A DNA stretch of 60,457 nt, filler included, from Sphacelaria rigidula (Eukaryota), in NCBI GenBank assembly GCA_964200075.2. It is 10 parts of 10 records of this genome, joined end to end, with 100 filler letters (N's around TTAATTAATTAA, not from the genome) between each part and the next. Parts side by side here need not be neighbours in the genome. Positions count along the whole stretch, not along the records: positions 1 to 5,956 come from CAXNAA020023228.1; positions 6,057 to 12,012 come from CAXNAA020023229.1; 8 more parts are not named here. One strand, given 5' to 3'. Position numbers and translations under genes: made by a program. How positions within the stretch are numbered: position 1 is the stretch's first letter; every line of letters begins with the position of its first letter. Below are positions 1 through 11,912 of this stretch, one piece after another. A model generated the notes under the pieces. It made no database searches and was not told the origin of the DNA. It worked only from the letters and a program-made list of their open reading frames with translations.

Positions 1-28
1 ACCCCCTCCCCCCCCCTCCACCCTCGGA

Positions 29-301
29 GTGACAATACCAGAAAATGAAGTAACTCATTGTAGGCTGTCATCCAAATGCAAGATAATCAGTACGCTCGGG
101 ACCGAACAATCTTGGCGGGATGCAGCTCACCCTTCATGCGACTCGCTGCACACACCACGACGCTTCGCGCTCGGCGATTGAGTGCAAGCCTGATCCGGCG
201 AAAACCCGGCGTTTTCCGTCCCGACTTTTGTGTAGGAATGCGAGGTCAATGGTCTTGTGACTATGGTGTGCATGATCATGAGTCCCCCCCCCCCCCCCCC
301 C
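29..301 (+). mobile_element. Short poly(C)-tailed retroposon-like repeat, family A (~270 bp)
   Basis: Colinear with reverse-strand copies at 29737-30006 and 35543-35815. Shares the 5' end GTGRCRRTACCAGAAAAT and the 3' end CATGAG followed by a C run. Confidence 0.8.
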
Positions 302-680
302 ATCCACTTCCTATCACGTCCCGATCGACGTTCGAACTAACAAAACCCATTATACCTGTAAACCCCAACTTTACCGGTGTATTCTGAACCTGTAGAGGAA
401 GACCCTCAGAAGTATCTTCACCCCGTGACCGCTAGACCTCATTTCGGAATATTATCACGACTGGTCTTTAACGGCAGCGGAAGCTGAGCAACTGCCGTCT
501 GTCCGCGAGCACCGCTCCAATCGTACATTGCAGCATATTCCGTGGTCCCCCACAATGAATGCACCCTGAACAATATAATATTTTGTCCAAACGTGTGCTG
601 CGTACAGTATCGTCTATCATGTCTGACGCAATGGACACAAGATGCCATACTGTACGCAGTACATCTGCTCTTACAGTGTC

Positions 681-900
681 ATCTACTGTCCAGGGTGTAA
701 TATCTAGCTAATCCCTGTCTTATACTTGTCGAAGAATGCAATCTATTGTGTAGGGTGTGATAACTAATCCCCGGTTCATATTTGTCTAAACATGTATTCT
801 ATTGTCCAGGATACGATAACTGATCTCCGGCTCACGATTGTCTAACAACGTAACGTTGTCCAGGCTGTGATAGCGAACCCCTGGCGCCTGTACGTCTAAA
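681..900 (+). repeat. Degenerate tandem repeat, about 4 units of ~57 bp
   Basis: Each unit carries a TATTGTCCAGGGTGT-like motif, the reverse complement of the CACACCCTGGACAAT transposon terminus. Confidence 0.6.
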
Positions 901-2498
901 ACAAAGGATCGTTTTCACCGCATACTTTTGGATACTATGAATGCTACTACTACGTATGTGTAGCTCGCGACCACGGCTGTATCCGTAGGAGATGAGTTTG
1001 TGTTGATGTGCGGCGATTAGTCAATCAAGCAAGCAAGCAAACCGAGCAAGCAAGCCTTTCAATGTGTAGTCAATCACTTGGAGTTGATCGAGTCTGCGTC
1101 GGACCAAAAACAGCACGGTACAAGCCTGGCGCTTGGACCTAACACATGTGGAGAACACAATAGAGAGTTTCGGAAAACGCTTTTTTGTTATTTCTGAGTG
1201 CGAGTATCTCAGGATCAGAATGTAGGGGAAATTATCTCCCTCTCCGTCAAACGTGGTACCCCCTTGACGTTTTTTCGACGATGTTTTTCATTCCATTTGG
1301 CACCTTGATTTTGAGATATATGCAACCAGAGATAATGAAAAAGCGTTTTCCGAGACTCTCTCATGTCTTGTACTGCTGAAATGTATGAAATATATGTTGT
1401 TCTTTACTTCGTTGTACTTGCTTTCTCGTCTCTTGACTTTGCACTGTGCGCACTACTACGGGAGCGCTAGCAATCGTCGGCACCGTACGTCTTCGGAGTC
1501 CCGCCATAAGTAGGAGAGGGCGGTGATTTTATTAGGGCGGGTTTGGCGTTTTCTAAACCTCAAGTACCAGGGAGGGATACCATCGCTTTGTAACCTCCGT
1601 TTAGCTGAAAATCCCAACTCAAAAATAATCTTCTGCGAAAATGGCTCAAACCCTTTGACAGCGAGAGTAGGTCATGTGTTGAATCGACTTCAATTTCACT
1701 TGAAGAAGATATGGATGATCCAGATGGACTACCCTCGTAGTCTAAGGGTTACGTGCACTGAAAAGCAGGTATTATCGAAAAGCCGAGTAGAGACGGCTCG
1801 GATGTACCGCACCTGGAGCTAGAGATGCTCGCCCAAAGATGGAGCCTCTGCGAGAACAACGTCTTTGGTTGCATTCATAGATCAAGTGCAAAAAAAACTC
1901 CCGTTTCGTGACTTTCAACTTTCCCCCCTGCAGTACATTGAGTTGAACAAGTATGCCGACAAGAACATAAATTCAAGGGTGTGTTGGCTGGGGTTAATAC
2001 CCGGGTATTTACTCTCCCGAACTTTGTGTTGCCATGACCCGATCTCCACACTCAACCCATATATTGGGTAAAGTTAGGAACAATCGCGCAACTGTACCCC
2101 CAGTTGTGGGCGCTTAGTATACAATTTTTTCAAAATACCCCAAATGTAGGAAATACCCTACGCAACACACAACTTAGGAAATTTCAGTGCCTGGGTCGTG
2201 AAGCAGTGTTTCCCGAATCAAAATCCGAATGAAAGGGTTCACACGGCGGACGGATCATGATCCGTCTGAAAGTTACTTCTTCTCAGTATACTGATAGGGA
2301 TCATGATCCAGATCATTTGACCCCCCTTTTCCACGTTTTCTCCTTACGGCGCCGGACGCTGAGCACGCCGAGTAGTGCAAAGGCTGCGCTTTGGCGTTTC
2401 TGACTCCGCGGTCACATATTTTGTGTTTTTGGACCAACGGACTCGAGAGTCTCCTTCGTTCAGTTGTTTCAGGCAGATCATGATGCGTGTGACGTGGG

Positions 2499-2527
2499 AA
2501 TGTGTGTGTGTGTGTATGTGTGTGTGT

Positions 2528-2572
<45 letters not shown>

Positions 2573-2602
2573 TGTGCGCGTGTGCGTGTGCGTGTGCGTG
2601 TG
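2499..2602. repeat. (GT)n/(GTGC)n microsatellite; the (CA)n tail of the minus-strand family C element
   Basis: Read directly; abuts the 3' end of the family C copy. Confidence 0.95.
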
Positions 2603-3122
2603 CCTTTTTGTCCTATTTATTCTGGGCGCCTACACTTTCCGGTGTATGTCGACGCGCCAGCCGGCGTCACCCAGGAGGAAGGTCACGCAAGATTTTATTT
2701 TTTTCTCCACCCTCCTTCTGCGGTGCTTGCTTTATTTTCTTGTCGCGAGAAGGGTTCGGCCGTCCCTTTCCCTCGTCGATGGTGTAGGAGAGTGTTGTTC
2801 ACTCACAGAGTATTCACTTTTCTACCGTTAGGCTTGTTGTGAGGAAAAAAAAAAGTAAAAAAAGAGTTCGTGTCACCTCACCGAGGATCGAACTCTCCAC
2901 CTAATCGTCAGAAGGTTCTTGAAATTATCACGCCCTGGACAATATAGGGTCAATAGGTGTACTAGACGAAAAGTGTACTGCATGAAGTATAGGTCCATTG
3001 TAACTATTGCCGGTCGACAATGGTCGCAATAGACCTATACTTCATGCAGTACGTTTCTTGTCCATTGCAACTATTGACCATGTATTGTCCAAGGTGTGGA
3101 AGTTATCAATTGAACCGCCAGG
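2600..3122 (-). mobile_element. tRNA-derived SINE-like element, family C, interrupted by a MITE
   Basis: Body homologous to 6468-6826, 8614-8968 and 13161-13531. B-box GAGTTCGATCC is present; the head is split by the insertion at 2929-3098. Confidence 0.75.
2929..3098. mobile_element. 170-bp MITE with CACRCCYTGGACAATA TIRs and 8-bp TSD
   Basis: Left end CACGCCCTGGACAATA, right end TATTGTCCAAGGTGTG. Flanks GAAATTAT (2921-2928) and GAAGTTAT (3099-3106). Removing it restores the SINE head. Confidence 0.8.
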
Positions 3123-4471
3123 TCGACCGGATGTATCGCTGTATGAATCCTTGTTCAATTTTCGTCCCACCCCCCCCTCCCCACCCCGCGCGCCTTCTCC
3201 CCTCCTTTCCGCCCTCTCCCCCCCTCACTCCACTAGAGTTTGCTGTTTTTCTCCGGGGGCTCATCTGCCAGCAGGTCAAGCAGCAAGTCGAAGGAAGATG
3301 GGAGCAAGAAAGGAATCATGGCGAGCGCGGACAGCAAAGTGGACCTACGAAAGGTGTGTAGGAGAGCCGATGAAATGCGAAAAAAAACTCACACTGAGTA
3401 GAAAATGAACGCCGTTGCAGGTCACAGGATTGATGGACCCAGCGAGACGGGTCGAAACCCTACCCTTCCTAGAAGTGAAGGCCTGGATATTTGAGGATAG
3501 ATGTGACCCGCAGCAAAGAATGAAGATTGTCGTTGGAGTGTCCATTTTTTGTCGCATGACTGATTTTGGGGCTCAGAAGTCCGATTTTGTTTTTCATCTT
3601 GAGCCTAATAAATGGAAGGGTTCATGAGAACATTTTTTTTTTTTCTGAAATCGATTGTTGGTGGTTGACCTCTGGGGGACTTGAAAACCCAGATTTAATG
3701 CTGCGCTTAATGTATGTTTCCTTACAATTAGACCCTTCCGCAATCACCCCCGCATTGCCTGTGCGTGTCCACCCTGAAAGCGTCATGATCTAGTAGCCCG
3801 AAACAGTCGTGAGCGAGCCGATTTAGTATCTCGCAGACGTGGGGCAGCCAATGAGCTATTCCACTTAAAACAACAAATCGAAGAGGATTCTCAGATCCGT
3901 TGGTCCTAGAACACAAAAACACACGTGACCGCGGGGTCGGAGGAACCATAGCGCAACCTCTTTTGCGCTACTCAGGGTGCTCGGCGTCCAGCGCCGTGGG
4001 GACGAGATATGAGAACAGGGGCCGAACGAGCTATGATTGCTCAGGATGATTCGGAGCGGTACATTTAATCAGAAGAAGTCATGTTTCGGTAGACTCATCA
4101 GCTGTCTGACGTGTGCTTTTGTGCTGACGGTTTTCCCCGCCAGGTGGCAAATGCATCCCTTCCTGTGTGTCCCGTGGAGCCAGGATTCGACATGCACTGG
4201 CTTGCCGTGGATGGTCAGCAGCCCTTGCTCCCCCAGAACCCGATTCCCGGCTCGGCGAAAGGTGTTCCTTCGATGTTGCTTGTTTTATTGTTGCCGTTTA
4301 TATTTCGCTTTTGGTTTTGGTTGCGGTGTGCTGCCGGATTACAGTGTTCAACTGCTTCCGAGGGTCCTACGAATAACGACTTGCCTTGAGAATTATTTGC
4401 TTCTACTATGGTGTAGTCGATTCGTGCGGTACGAATCAATCCTTGGGTGTTATTTCCAGCGTTGCGGCCCA

Positions 4472-4749
4472 GGCACGCGACACGTGGAACAGCGCAAAAT
4501 TTGCGGAAAGACTCTTCTGACCCGCGGTCATTTTTTGTTTTTATCCATTATCTTCAGCAGAGAAGAATAACAAATCCGTTTCCCCGCACCGCCGCGTATT
4601 TCAAAAACGTGGGCACGCGACACGTGGAACAGCGCAAAATTTGCGTAAAGACTTTTCTGACCCGCGGTCAACGTTTTTTTTCATCGATTATCTTCCGCTG
4701 AGAAGAACAAAAAATCCGTTTCCCCGCACCGCCGGGTATTTCCAAAACG
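4472..4749 (+). repeat. Tandem duplication, 2 x ~140 bp
   Basis: GGCACGCGACACGTGGAACAGCGCAAAATTTGCG...CCCCGCACCGCCG occurs at ~4472 and ~4612. Confidence 0.9.
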
Positions 4750-5956
4750 ACACCCGGTGCTGTAGCAACGGGAAGGATAGCCCGCAATGAACCCTGTCGA
4801 CTCCGATCGTACGCAATATTTGCTACGAGTACACAGGGGCGGTTAGTTGCACGTCAAAGTCAAGTCGCCAAAACGGCCGGTGTCACGGAAGCCAAGCGAC
4901 GTGGCATACTTTCATCATTTTTACGGTGTGGCGAATCTCACAAAAATGGCCATCAGTGGCGAAATCTCATCTCCCGACCTTGTCGCCTTTGTCCGATTTG
5001 ATTCCCTGGGATCCGCGGGGTGCTCGGTGCCGCATATGCAGTGGAAGGACACGGTATGGCGGATACAGGCGCGACCAATATATATTTACTCCCTGGCTAT
5101 ATCCGGGCAGTATCGCACATGCGGCAGTCAGCACACCAGATTTACCCGAATACTGGTGTACTCCCCGCAGTCGATAATACCCAACGTGTGACTATGACCT
5201 CTGTGTGATCCGATCCGCTCACTAGTAACCCTGGGCATGTCAACCCCGGGACTGTCATCCTCCAATCTCCCGCCCGGGCTCTGATCATACTCCTCACTCT
5301 GGGTGGCCCCATCATGCACCCTCGTCTGTCCTATCCTTACCCCCAAGCTCTTCCCTGCAGAGCTTGAGAAGTCCAAGCCCACGTCGCGTCCCTACACGCA
5401 CCGTTCCCCTACACGGAATGAGAAGCTATAAGCTACGCACACACCGATCGTCTCGGCCTAGATGAGCCACGGCCGCTGTCTACAGGCCTGTCTTATATAG
5501 CTACCCGATAGTGCTCAGGGCTGCAATTACCCTGACATTCAGGGGTGCTTGGGGTACGGTGCCCTACCCTAGCTGCTTTTGTAATGCTTGATAGATCGAA
5601 CAGCCTGCTCAAGTGGCGTGCTCATTCTTTGAGGTCGCCCATTTAGGGCAGGTGCCAACTCCGCAGTTGTGAAAATGTGTTCGCACCGTTACTCCTACGG
5701 TAAGGAAGGGCCCAATCCACTTCAAGACTCGGTCCCGCTAGCGGGCGGTCAACTTTGTGTTTGCTCGACGCGCGTGGTCTCGTGTTACCACTTCACCATT
5801 TGGTCGGGGAAAAAAAAGGCAGGTTTGCTTCCCGGCGGATGCGTTTCATCTATTTTTCCTTCCCCCCCCCCCCATTGAAAGTGTCTATAATTTTCGTCGT
5901 TGAAAACGTGAGCACGTGAGCAAGCAAGAAGAAGTTTTTTTTTTTTTGAAGAAATT

Positions 5957-6056
5957 NNNNNNNNNNNNNNNNNNNNNNNNNNNNNNNNNNNNNNNNNNNN
6001 TTAATTAATTAANNNNNNNNNNNNNNNNNNNNNNNNNNNNNNNNNNNNNNNNNNNN
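5957..6056. other. Artificial scaffold spacer N44-TTAATTAATTAA-N44; also at 12013-12112, 18069-18168, 24125-24224, 30181-30280, 36237-36336, 42293-42392, 48348-48447, 54403-54502
   Basis: An identical 100-bp spacer with stops in all six frames recurs after every 5,956 or 5,955 bp. The segments are in descending length order. Confidence 0.97.
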
Positions 6057-6067
6057 AAAAAAAAGAG

Positions 6068-6160
6068 GTGCCCCCGCTCGAAAGGAATGCGGGGTCAAAG
6101 GTCAAACCCCCAAGGCAAACAACAAATGGGTACCCCCCCCCCCCCCCCCCCCCCCTCCTC
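6068..6160 (+). mobile_element. Short poly(C)-tailed repeat, family B (diverged copy)
   Basis: CTCGAAAGGAATGCGGGGTCAAAGGTCAAAC...CAACAAATGGGTA-poly(C); homologous to 11840-11912 and 13764-13863. Confidence 0.7.
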
Positions 6161-6467
6161 CCCCTCACCCCCGCTTCGACTGCTCGGTGACGTTGGTGAA
6201 ATAGACTCGGCACGCTGCCTACGACGTGCTGCGGTGCACCATGTGGCAGCCGGGAGGATGGGGTCTCCCCACGATGTTTGCCCAGCCAGGATTTCGGGAA
6301 TTCCTGGAAGATCGCGGCATCGAAGCGTCCAAGGTATGCAGCATTGACGCCGTGTCAATAAATGAGAGGCCAGGTTTGCGCCTGAGGGGATAAGGGTCCC
6401 AACCGAAGGGGAGGGAAAGGGCGGTACGTGAGCGTTAGGGGTGCCTTTTGGCACTTTCGTTGTGACT

Positions 6468-6826
6468 GTGTGTCGTGCTGTTATCCCCTTTATTCTGGAC
6501 GTCGGTCCACGCCTTTCGGTATATATGGGCGCACCAGCCGGGGTCACACAGGAGGAAGACCAACACAGGAGCTCTTCTTTTTTCATTTGTTTTTAATACC
6601 CCACCTTCCTTCTGCGGTGCTTGCCTTTATTTTTTTATCGGGAGAGGGGTTTTAGCGGTCCCTTCTCCTCGTCGACCTTGAAGTCGAATTTTTGTGTACC
6701 CACGACGTGGTCGCTCTCCACTGTTGGGCACTATGTGAGAAGAAATCCCAGATCTCTACGAACCTGGAACCCACCACCCAACCATCAGAAGCTTTCGAGG
6801 TTACCAACTTGGCCACCGAGGCGACT
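6468..6826 (-). mobile_element. tRNA-derived SINE-like element, family C
   Basis: Minus strand starts with the A-box-like GGTGGCCAAGTTGG. Body matches the other three copies; short CA tail. Confidence 0.8.
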
Positions 6827-7528
6827 GGCACACAACCATTTTAACCATGTGTCGTCTCACGAACCGCGAATGCAACTGGAAATATGTACGTCCGTATCAT
6901 TGCCATACAGACATGCTCTTTCACTCGGCCAATTACTAGAGATAGCGCGGTAGACGATAATATGTCAGTCAACGTATCCCAGAGTCTGCAAAGAAGTCTA
7001 GTGGCAAGTAGTTGCAGCAGTAGGTGGGATAACTGCAATGCCTGAGAGTTCCGCAGATAGATATATACCTTCTCCATTACTCGTTGGTTATTGACACTGC
7101 TGTTACATACACCTCACGACAGAAATATTGGTCTTGGGAGCATACACCACCGCAGGCAGTCAGGAATGATGTGATTGCCACGCACAAAGCTAAGTTCAGT
7201 ATTGCTTTGCCGAGTAGCAGCTAGCGGACAAGGGGTCTGATGAAATGAAACGGAGAAATTGGATTGCTGGTGCAGCTGCACAGCGTGAGTAGTGTAGACG
7301 ACATGGTGCAATGAATACAGTACAGTACAGCACCAAACATCAGGCGAATGTTGCTGGATCTAACCTGTCGTACGTTGTCTGCCACCGAATCGTTGTGTTG
7401 TACAAAGCCTGAAGTACAACCAAGCGGTGGGTGGATTCAGTCGCTTGCCACACACAAATGTACAGCATATTAGAGTACTGTTCGGTGTGGAGATTGCAAT
7501 GCAAAAGAACAGTAGCACAGCAGAGGGT

Positions 7529-7732
7529 GTGCGTATTTCGACCCCGTGATGTGCGTGTGTACACTTTGACCTTTGCCGTACTGAAGACCAAAGAGACCCC
7601 CAGCACTGCCGCACACACAGGTCCTTTGAGTGCGTATTTCGACCCCATGATGTGCGTGTGTACACTTTGACCTTTGCCGTACTGTAGACCAAAGAGACCC
7701 CCAGCACTGCCGCACACACAGGTCCTTTGAGT
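7529..7732 (+). repeat. Near-perfect tandem duplication, 2 x 101 bp
   Basis: GTGCGTATTTCGACCCC...GGTCCTTTGA starts at 7529 and 7630. Confidence 0.95.
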
Positions 7733-8143
7733 CCTCTGCTCGTTTGGCGTGTCGCAGCGTCATGACACTCAACCAGGCATGTGTCCTCAGGGGAGTGCCT
7801 GTAGTTTTCGTGCTTAGGACCTCGCTATTGTCGATCGACATCGGGCAGGCTGCTCGACAGGCTGCCTCGCATCTCGTTCAGCCGGCAACTTCGCGTCGAC
7901 CGCCCTCCCGTGCTGTATTATCAAGGCTACCCGCTGCACCTCCACTGCGACACCCCCGCCCCCTCCTCGAAATCAAGTCGAGGTTTGCGAGTATCCAACG
8001 ATGAGCGTGACGAGGTTATCGCCCTCGTGCCAGCGCCTTGATATTTTGTTTTGAGCTAGTTGATGTCGGCCCAAACTCAGACCAGTGACGGTATGTTGTA
8101 CTTCGTGTATATGTTGCGAGTATATACCGTACGGTGCAGGTGG

Positions 8144-8435
8144 CGCGCCCCGGTGGTGTAATGATCCGATTCCCCGACTGTCACCATTAGGGTGGAGAGA
8201 ACGTGGGCTCGACTCCCGATGTGTTCAGCTTTTTCTTCCCGAGTAACTGGTTTCCACCGTCGAAAGCGTGAGTACTTGAGTAAACAACAAATACCTGACT
8301 GGATTTGTTTGACAAGAGTTGACGCGGTGCGGGAGTGCTGATAGGCATGACCCAATACGCGAGACCAAGAAGCAAGGCGTGTACCGGGGATAAATGGGCT
8401 GATCCCTTGAGACAATGGACTCGTCCCGGGGAACG
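8144..8435 (+). mobile_element. tRNA(Asp)-like-headed SINE-like element, family D
   Basis: A-box-like GGTGGTGTAATGA, TTCCCCGACTGTCAC resembling the tRNA-Asp(GTC) anticodon arm, and B-box-like GGCTCGACTCC. Body homologous to ~29035-29335 and ~35460-35880. Confidence 0.65.
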
Positions 8436-8613
8436 AGACGAGTTCAAAGTGCGACAAATAAAATAAAAATGGAAGTAATGAAAAATGCATCATCATCTGT
8501 TTGCACGTTGTTCCGAGTAGTATGTGTTGGTTTGCTCGTTTCGATTGCGTCCCTCCCCGAAGTTATGTGCGCCAGGGACCGCACAATACCAAACACTGTA
8601 CACTCTACGCCAT

Positions 8614-8968
8614 TCACCCCGGTGGCTCAGTTGGTAACCTCGACACCTTCTGACGATTGGGTCGTGAGTTCAATTCTCGCAGCGATCGGGGATTTTTTTT
8701 TCACACAGTGTCAAACAGTGGAGAGCGACTGTTTCGTGGGTACACAAAACTCGCCTTGACGGTCGACGAGGGAAAGGGACTGCTAAACCCCTCTCGCGAT
8801 AAAAATTAAAGGCAAGCACCACAGAAGAAAGGTGGGGTACTAGAAAAAAATTAAAAAAAAGCTCCTGTGTTGACCCTCCTCCTGTGTGACCCCAGCTGGT
8901 GCGCCCACATATACCAAAAGGCGTAAACCGGCGCCCAGAATAGATGGGACGACAGCACAACACACACG
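8614..8968 (+). mobile_element. tRNA-derived SINE-like element, family C
   Basis: A-box TGGCTCAGTTGG, B-box GAGTTCAATTC, conserved body and CACAACACACAC tail. Confidence 0.8.
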
Positions 8969-9156
8969 CTCTACAGTACTAGGCCCTGCCACGTCCGTCC
9001 CCTAACCCCGACTCTCAAAGCGACGAGTCCCCTCTTGGGCAGTAGACTTTTATGGGAGGGGAAGGTCTCATTGCCAGGGCTCCATGGATATTAGCTTCCT
9101 GTGTCAACTTGTGAGCTCACGGCGCAACTGCAGTTAGTTGGTGTGTGTATTCCTTC

Positions 9157-11241
9157 CACACCCTGGACAGTACAACATGTTTCTGATGTATAAGTTAATC
9201 ATATTGAAATATTGCGACATATTGTCGGCGCAATATATGTTGGTACCCTTGGCCTGCACACATATTGCGCGCCCAAAATACCTGTATTGGTGTCGTGGGA
9301 CTGCATACAATTTGCCCGCCCATAATATATACTGGTACCGTGGGATTGCACACACATTGTCCCATCAATATATATTGGAGCAGTGTAGGCGAAGACATAT
9401 TACACGACCAATAGATATGTATATTAAAGTTGCATTAGTGAGAACACTGACAGGTCAATATTTTTCGGGACCGTGTGGATGCGAATATATTGGCCGGTCA
9501 ACATAAATTGGAGCCCGTACGAGTGTGAATATATTCCCCGATCAGGGTATCAGTACAAGCGTATATATCGGGATAGTGTGTGTTACAACATATCACCCAC
9601 CCAGCATACACTGGGTGGGCGCATTGATGTCGAGCATATATTTCACCGAGCAATATTATTCAAGTACTGTACTCTGCCGCGTCCGGAAAGTCATGCCGCG
9701 CAACGAATCTTTCATTTGTAATTCAAAAAGTAAATCGTCCAATATTTTTTTGGTGTGCAGGATGTTTATACGAGAGCCATTTCGAATCACTGCGAGAAAA
9801 AAATAAATAGGATAGAGTGTTGCGTCGTTCCTTCGGGATATTTCGGATCAATGTCGTGAGGAAAAGTGATCCTTCTCATCATTTTCATGACCCTTTGGCT
9901 GTAAGGTTACGTTAGTGAGTTGATGAATCGGCATTGCTTGTTCTTGGAAAATGCCGGGATATTTCGGAGTAACTGTGAGGAAAAATGATCCGATGAATTA
10001 GCTACCTGACCCTTTTGCTGTGAGGTTACGTTGGCTGATGAATCGGGATCACTTTTACTTGAAACAATGGCGTGACTCAGATCCAGCAAACAAGTCACGA
10101 ACGTCGGAGGAATTTCATACTCAAAGTTCCGTTTTTTTTAATGTGAAATACAAATAAGTATACCGGTAGCCGACAGTGATTTTTTTACGTATTTTGGCGA
10201 TGCGGTGGGTAATTCGATGAGTGAGGCGCTGAAATTTTGACATAACATTTTAGATGTTTTCTCGTGGGTAGCTGGCAGCCATTTACGTAAAAAAAAGACA
10301 GTCGAAAACACTAGAAAATGGGCGCATTTTTAGTATAGCTGGTCGGCCAACCGCTAGTGGCGAGTATGGTGGTGGTTTGACGAGGTCAGACGATAGGGGC
10401 AGTTGTGGGATCTCGCGGGAGTCGAGGGACAAAGACTGTGCCGTCTTGCCGCGTCAACCGGTTCCTGCAATAACCCGTGTAGCGGAGGCCGTCAAGACGG
10501 TAATCGCCAACATCGCGGTCCTGCAGGGCTCTGCAAAGTCCCACCAACCTCGAAGATCATGCGATATTACAAGTATGTTGTACGCTTTGAAAAAGATGCA
10601 GACGCTGTAGATACTTTGAGCCCGTGTAGATTGGGAAAAGCTTGACAGGAAGCCACAGAAGTTCGCGTGCATGGCTACGGAGAGTTGTCAAATGAATTTG
10701 ATCTTCAGATTGACCGGAAAATATGGTTACAGAAGAGGCGACCCCGTATACATATACCTTCTGATACCTATCTGGCTACCGGTGCGGTGCCGCCCATCCC
10801 CTTCACAGTATGTAATATATCTTGGCTAAACAGTACGATGGCAGAAAACGCGGATCGATATGCGCCTTCGGTACCTCTCTGATCACCGGTGCTGCGTTGC
10901 TTATACCCTGGACGAATCATGATGTTCCGGTGTTGAGTATATATATATATATATATATATGTATATTTATCGACCTCGTGTGGCAGCCAATATATTACTC
11001 GACAAAACATTTTGGCGTCTTACCGCACCAACATATTACTCGGCGCGTGTCGTGATATTTTGCTCGGTCGATAGATACATTGCATGTCACGAGCATATTG
11101 ATTGACACGATATATATTGACTTCTCTCTGGTGCCATCATATTGCTCGCCCAATATATATTGACCACCCGACGCGTCGACATCTTGAGCGGGCAATATAT
11201 ATATATATATATATATTACATATTGTGTTGTCCAGGGTGCG
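9157..11241. mobile_element. Complete non-autonomous DNA transposon (~2.1 kb) with TIRs, subterminal ATATATTG arrays and perfect 8-bp TSD
   Basis: Left CACACCCTGGACAGTACAACATGT versus reverse complement of the right end CGCACCCTGGACAACACAATATGT (20/24). ATTCCTTC occurs at 9149-9156 and 11242-11249. Confidence 0.85.
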
Positions 11242-11839
11242 ATTCCTTCCCATGCTCTCTGAGCACGATACCCCTAATTCCGAATGGGCAGACAACGTTC
11301 GGCTGGACTCTTGTGGCGCAGCACCGCTTCACCGTCTACGAGAATGTCCAAATGCCCGAGCTAAAAAGAGTTACTGGCATCCCCCCGAGCGATTACTTGC
11401 ACATGATTGGCCAACGGGGTCACCATTACACATGAGATCCTACAGAAGCAGCAGCGCATCGTCACCATTCACACCCAGGTAGACACTGGGAAGACGTCGA
11501 ATGCAATATATGCGATATATACACATGGAGTGTCCACGATTGCAACTTCTGACTACAAATACTTCCCGTGTAATCGTTCCGCCTTTTTCGTTTGTTGTAA
11601 TTTGTCTATCTTCGAAATTCAGGTCGGCAAAGAATGGAAGTTCTCCGTGGTGGAGTCGGTGATGCACTGCAAGGAGAAGGATATCCTGGGCCAAGACATG
11701 CTAGATTCTTTCCGGAATATTCTGAAGCAGGGCCCCTTTTGGACACCGGCCAAGACCCGAGACGTTGCCTCCTTGGCGTAATTATGCTCTATGTTGTAAC
11801 ATCCTCTGCCTTTTTCTTCGCCCCCCTCCCCCCATTCCA

Positions 11840-11912
11840 TGCTCCGTCTCGAAAGGGATGCGTGGTCAATGGTCAAACGACTAAGGCAAGCAACAAATGA
11901 GTACGCCCCCCC
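11840..11912 (+). mobile_element. Short poly(C)-tailed repeat, family B, with 19-bp flanking direct repeat
   Basis: CCCCCCTCCCCCCATTCCA at 11821-11839 and 11913-11931 brackets the element. Confidence 0.75.

Noticed and set aside
76..387. 103-aa ORF similar to ORFs at 35120-35800
   Set aside because: The similarity comes from the family A repeat; the frame is not preserved between copies.
2375..2842. Overlapping ORFs with CVCVCV runs
   Set aside because: Translations of a GT microsatellite and SINE body.
8614..8690. Functional tRNA gene
   Set aside because: The anticodon and acceptor stems do not pair, and the sequence continues into a repeated body.
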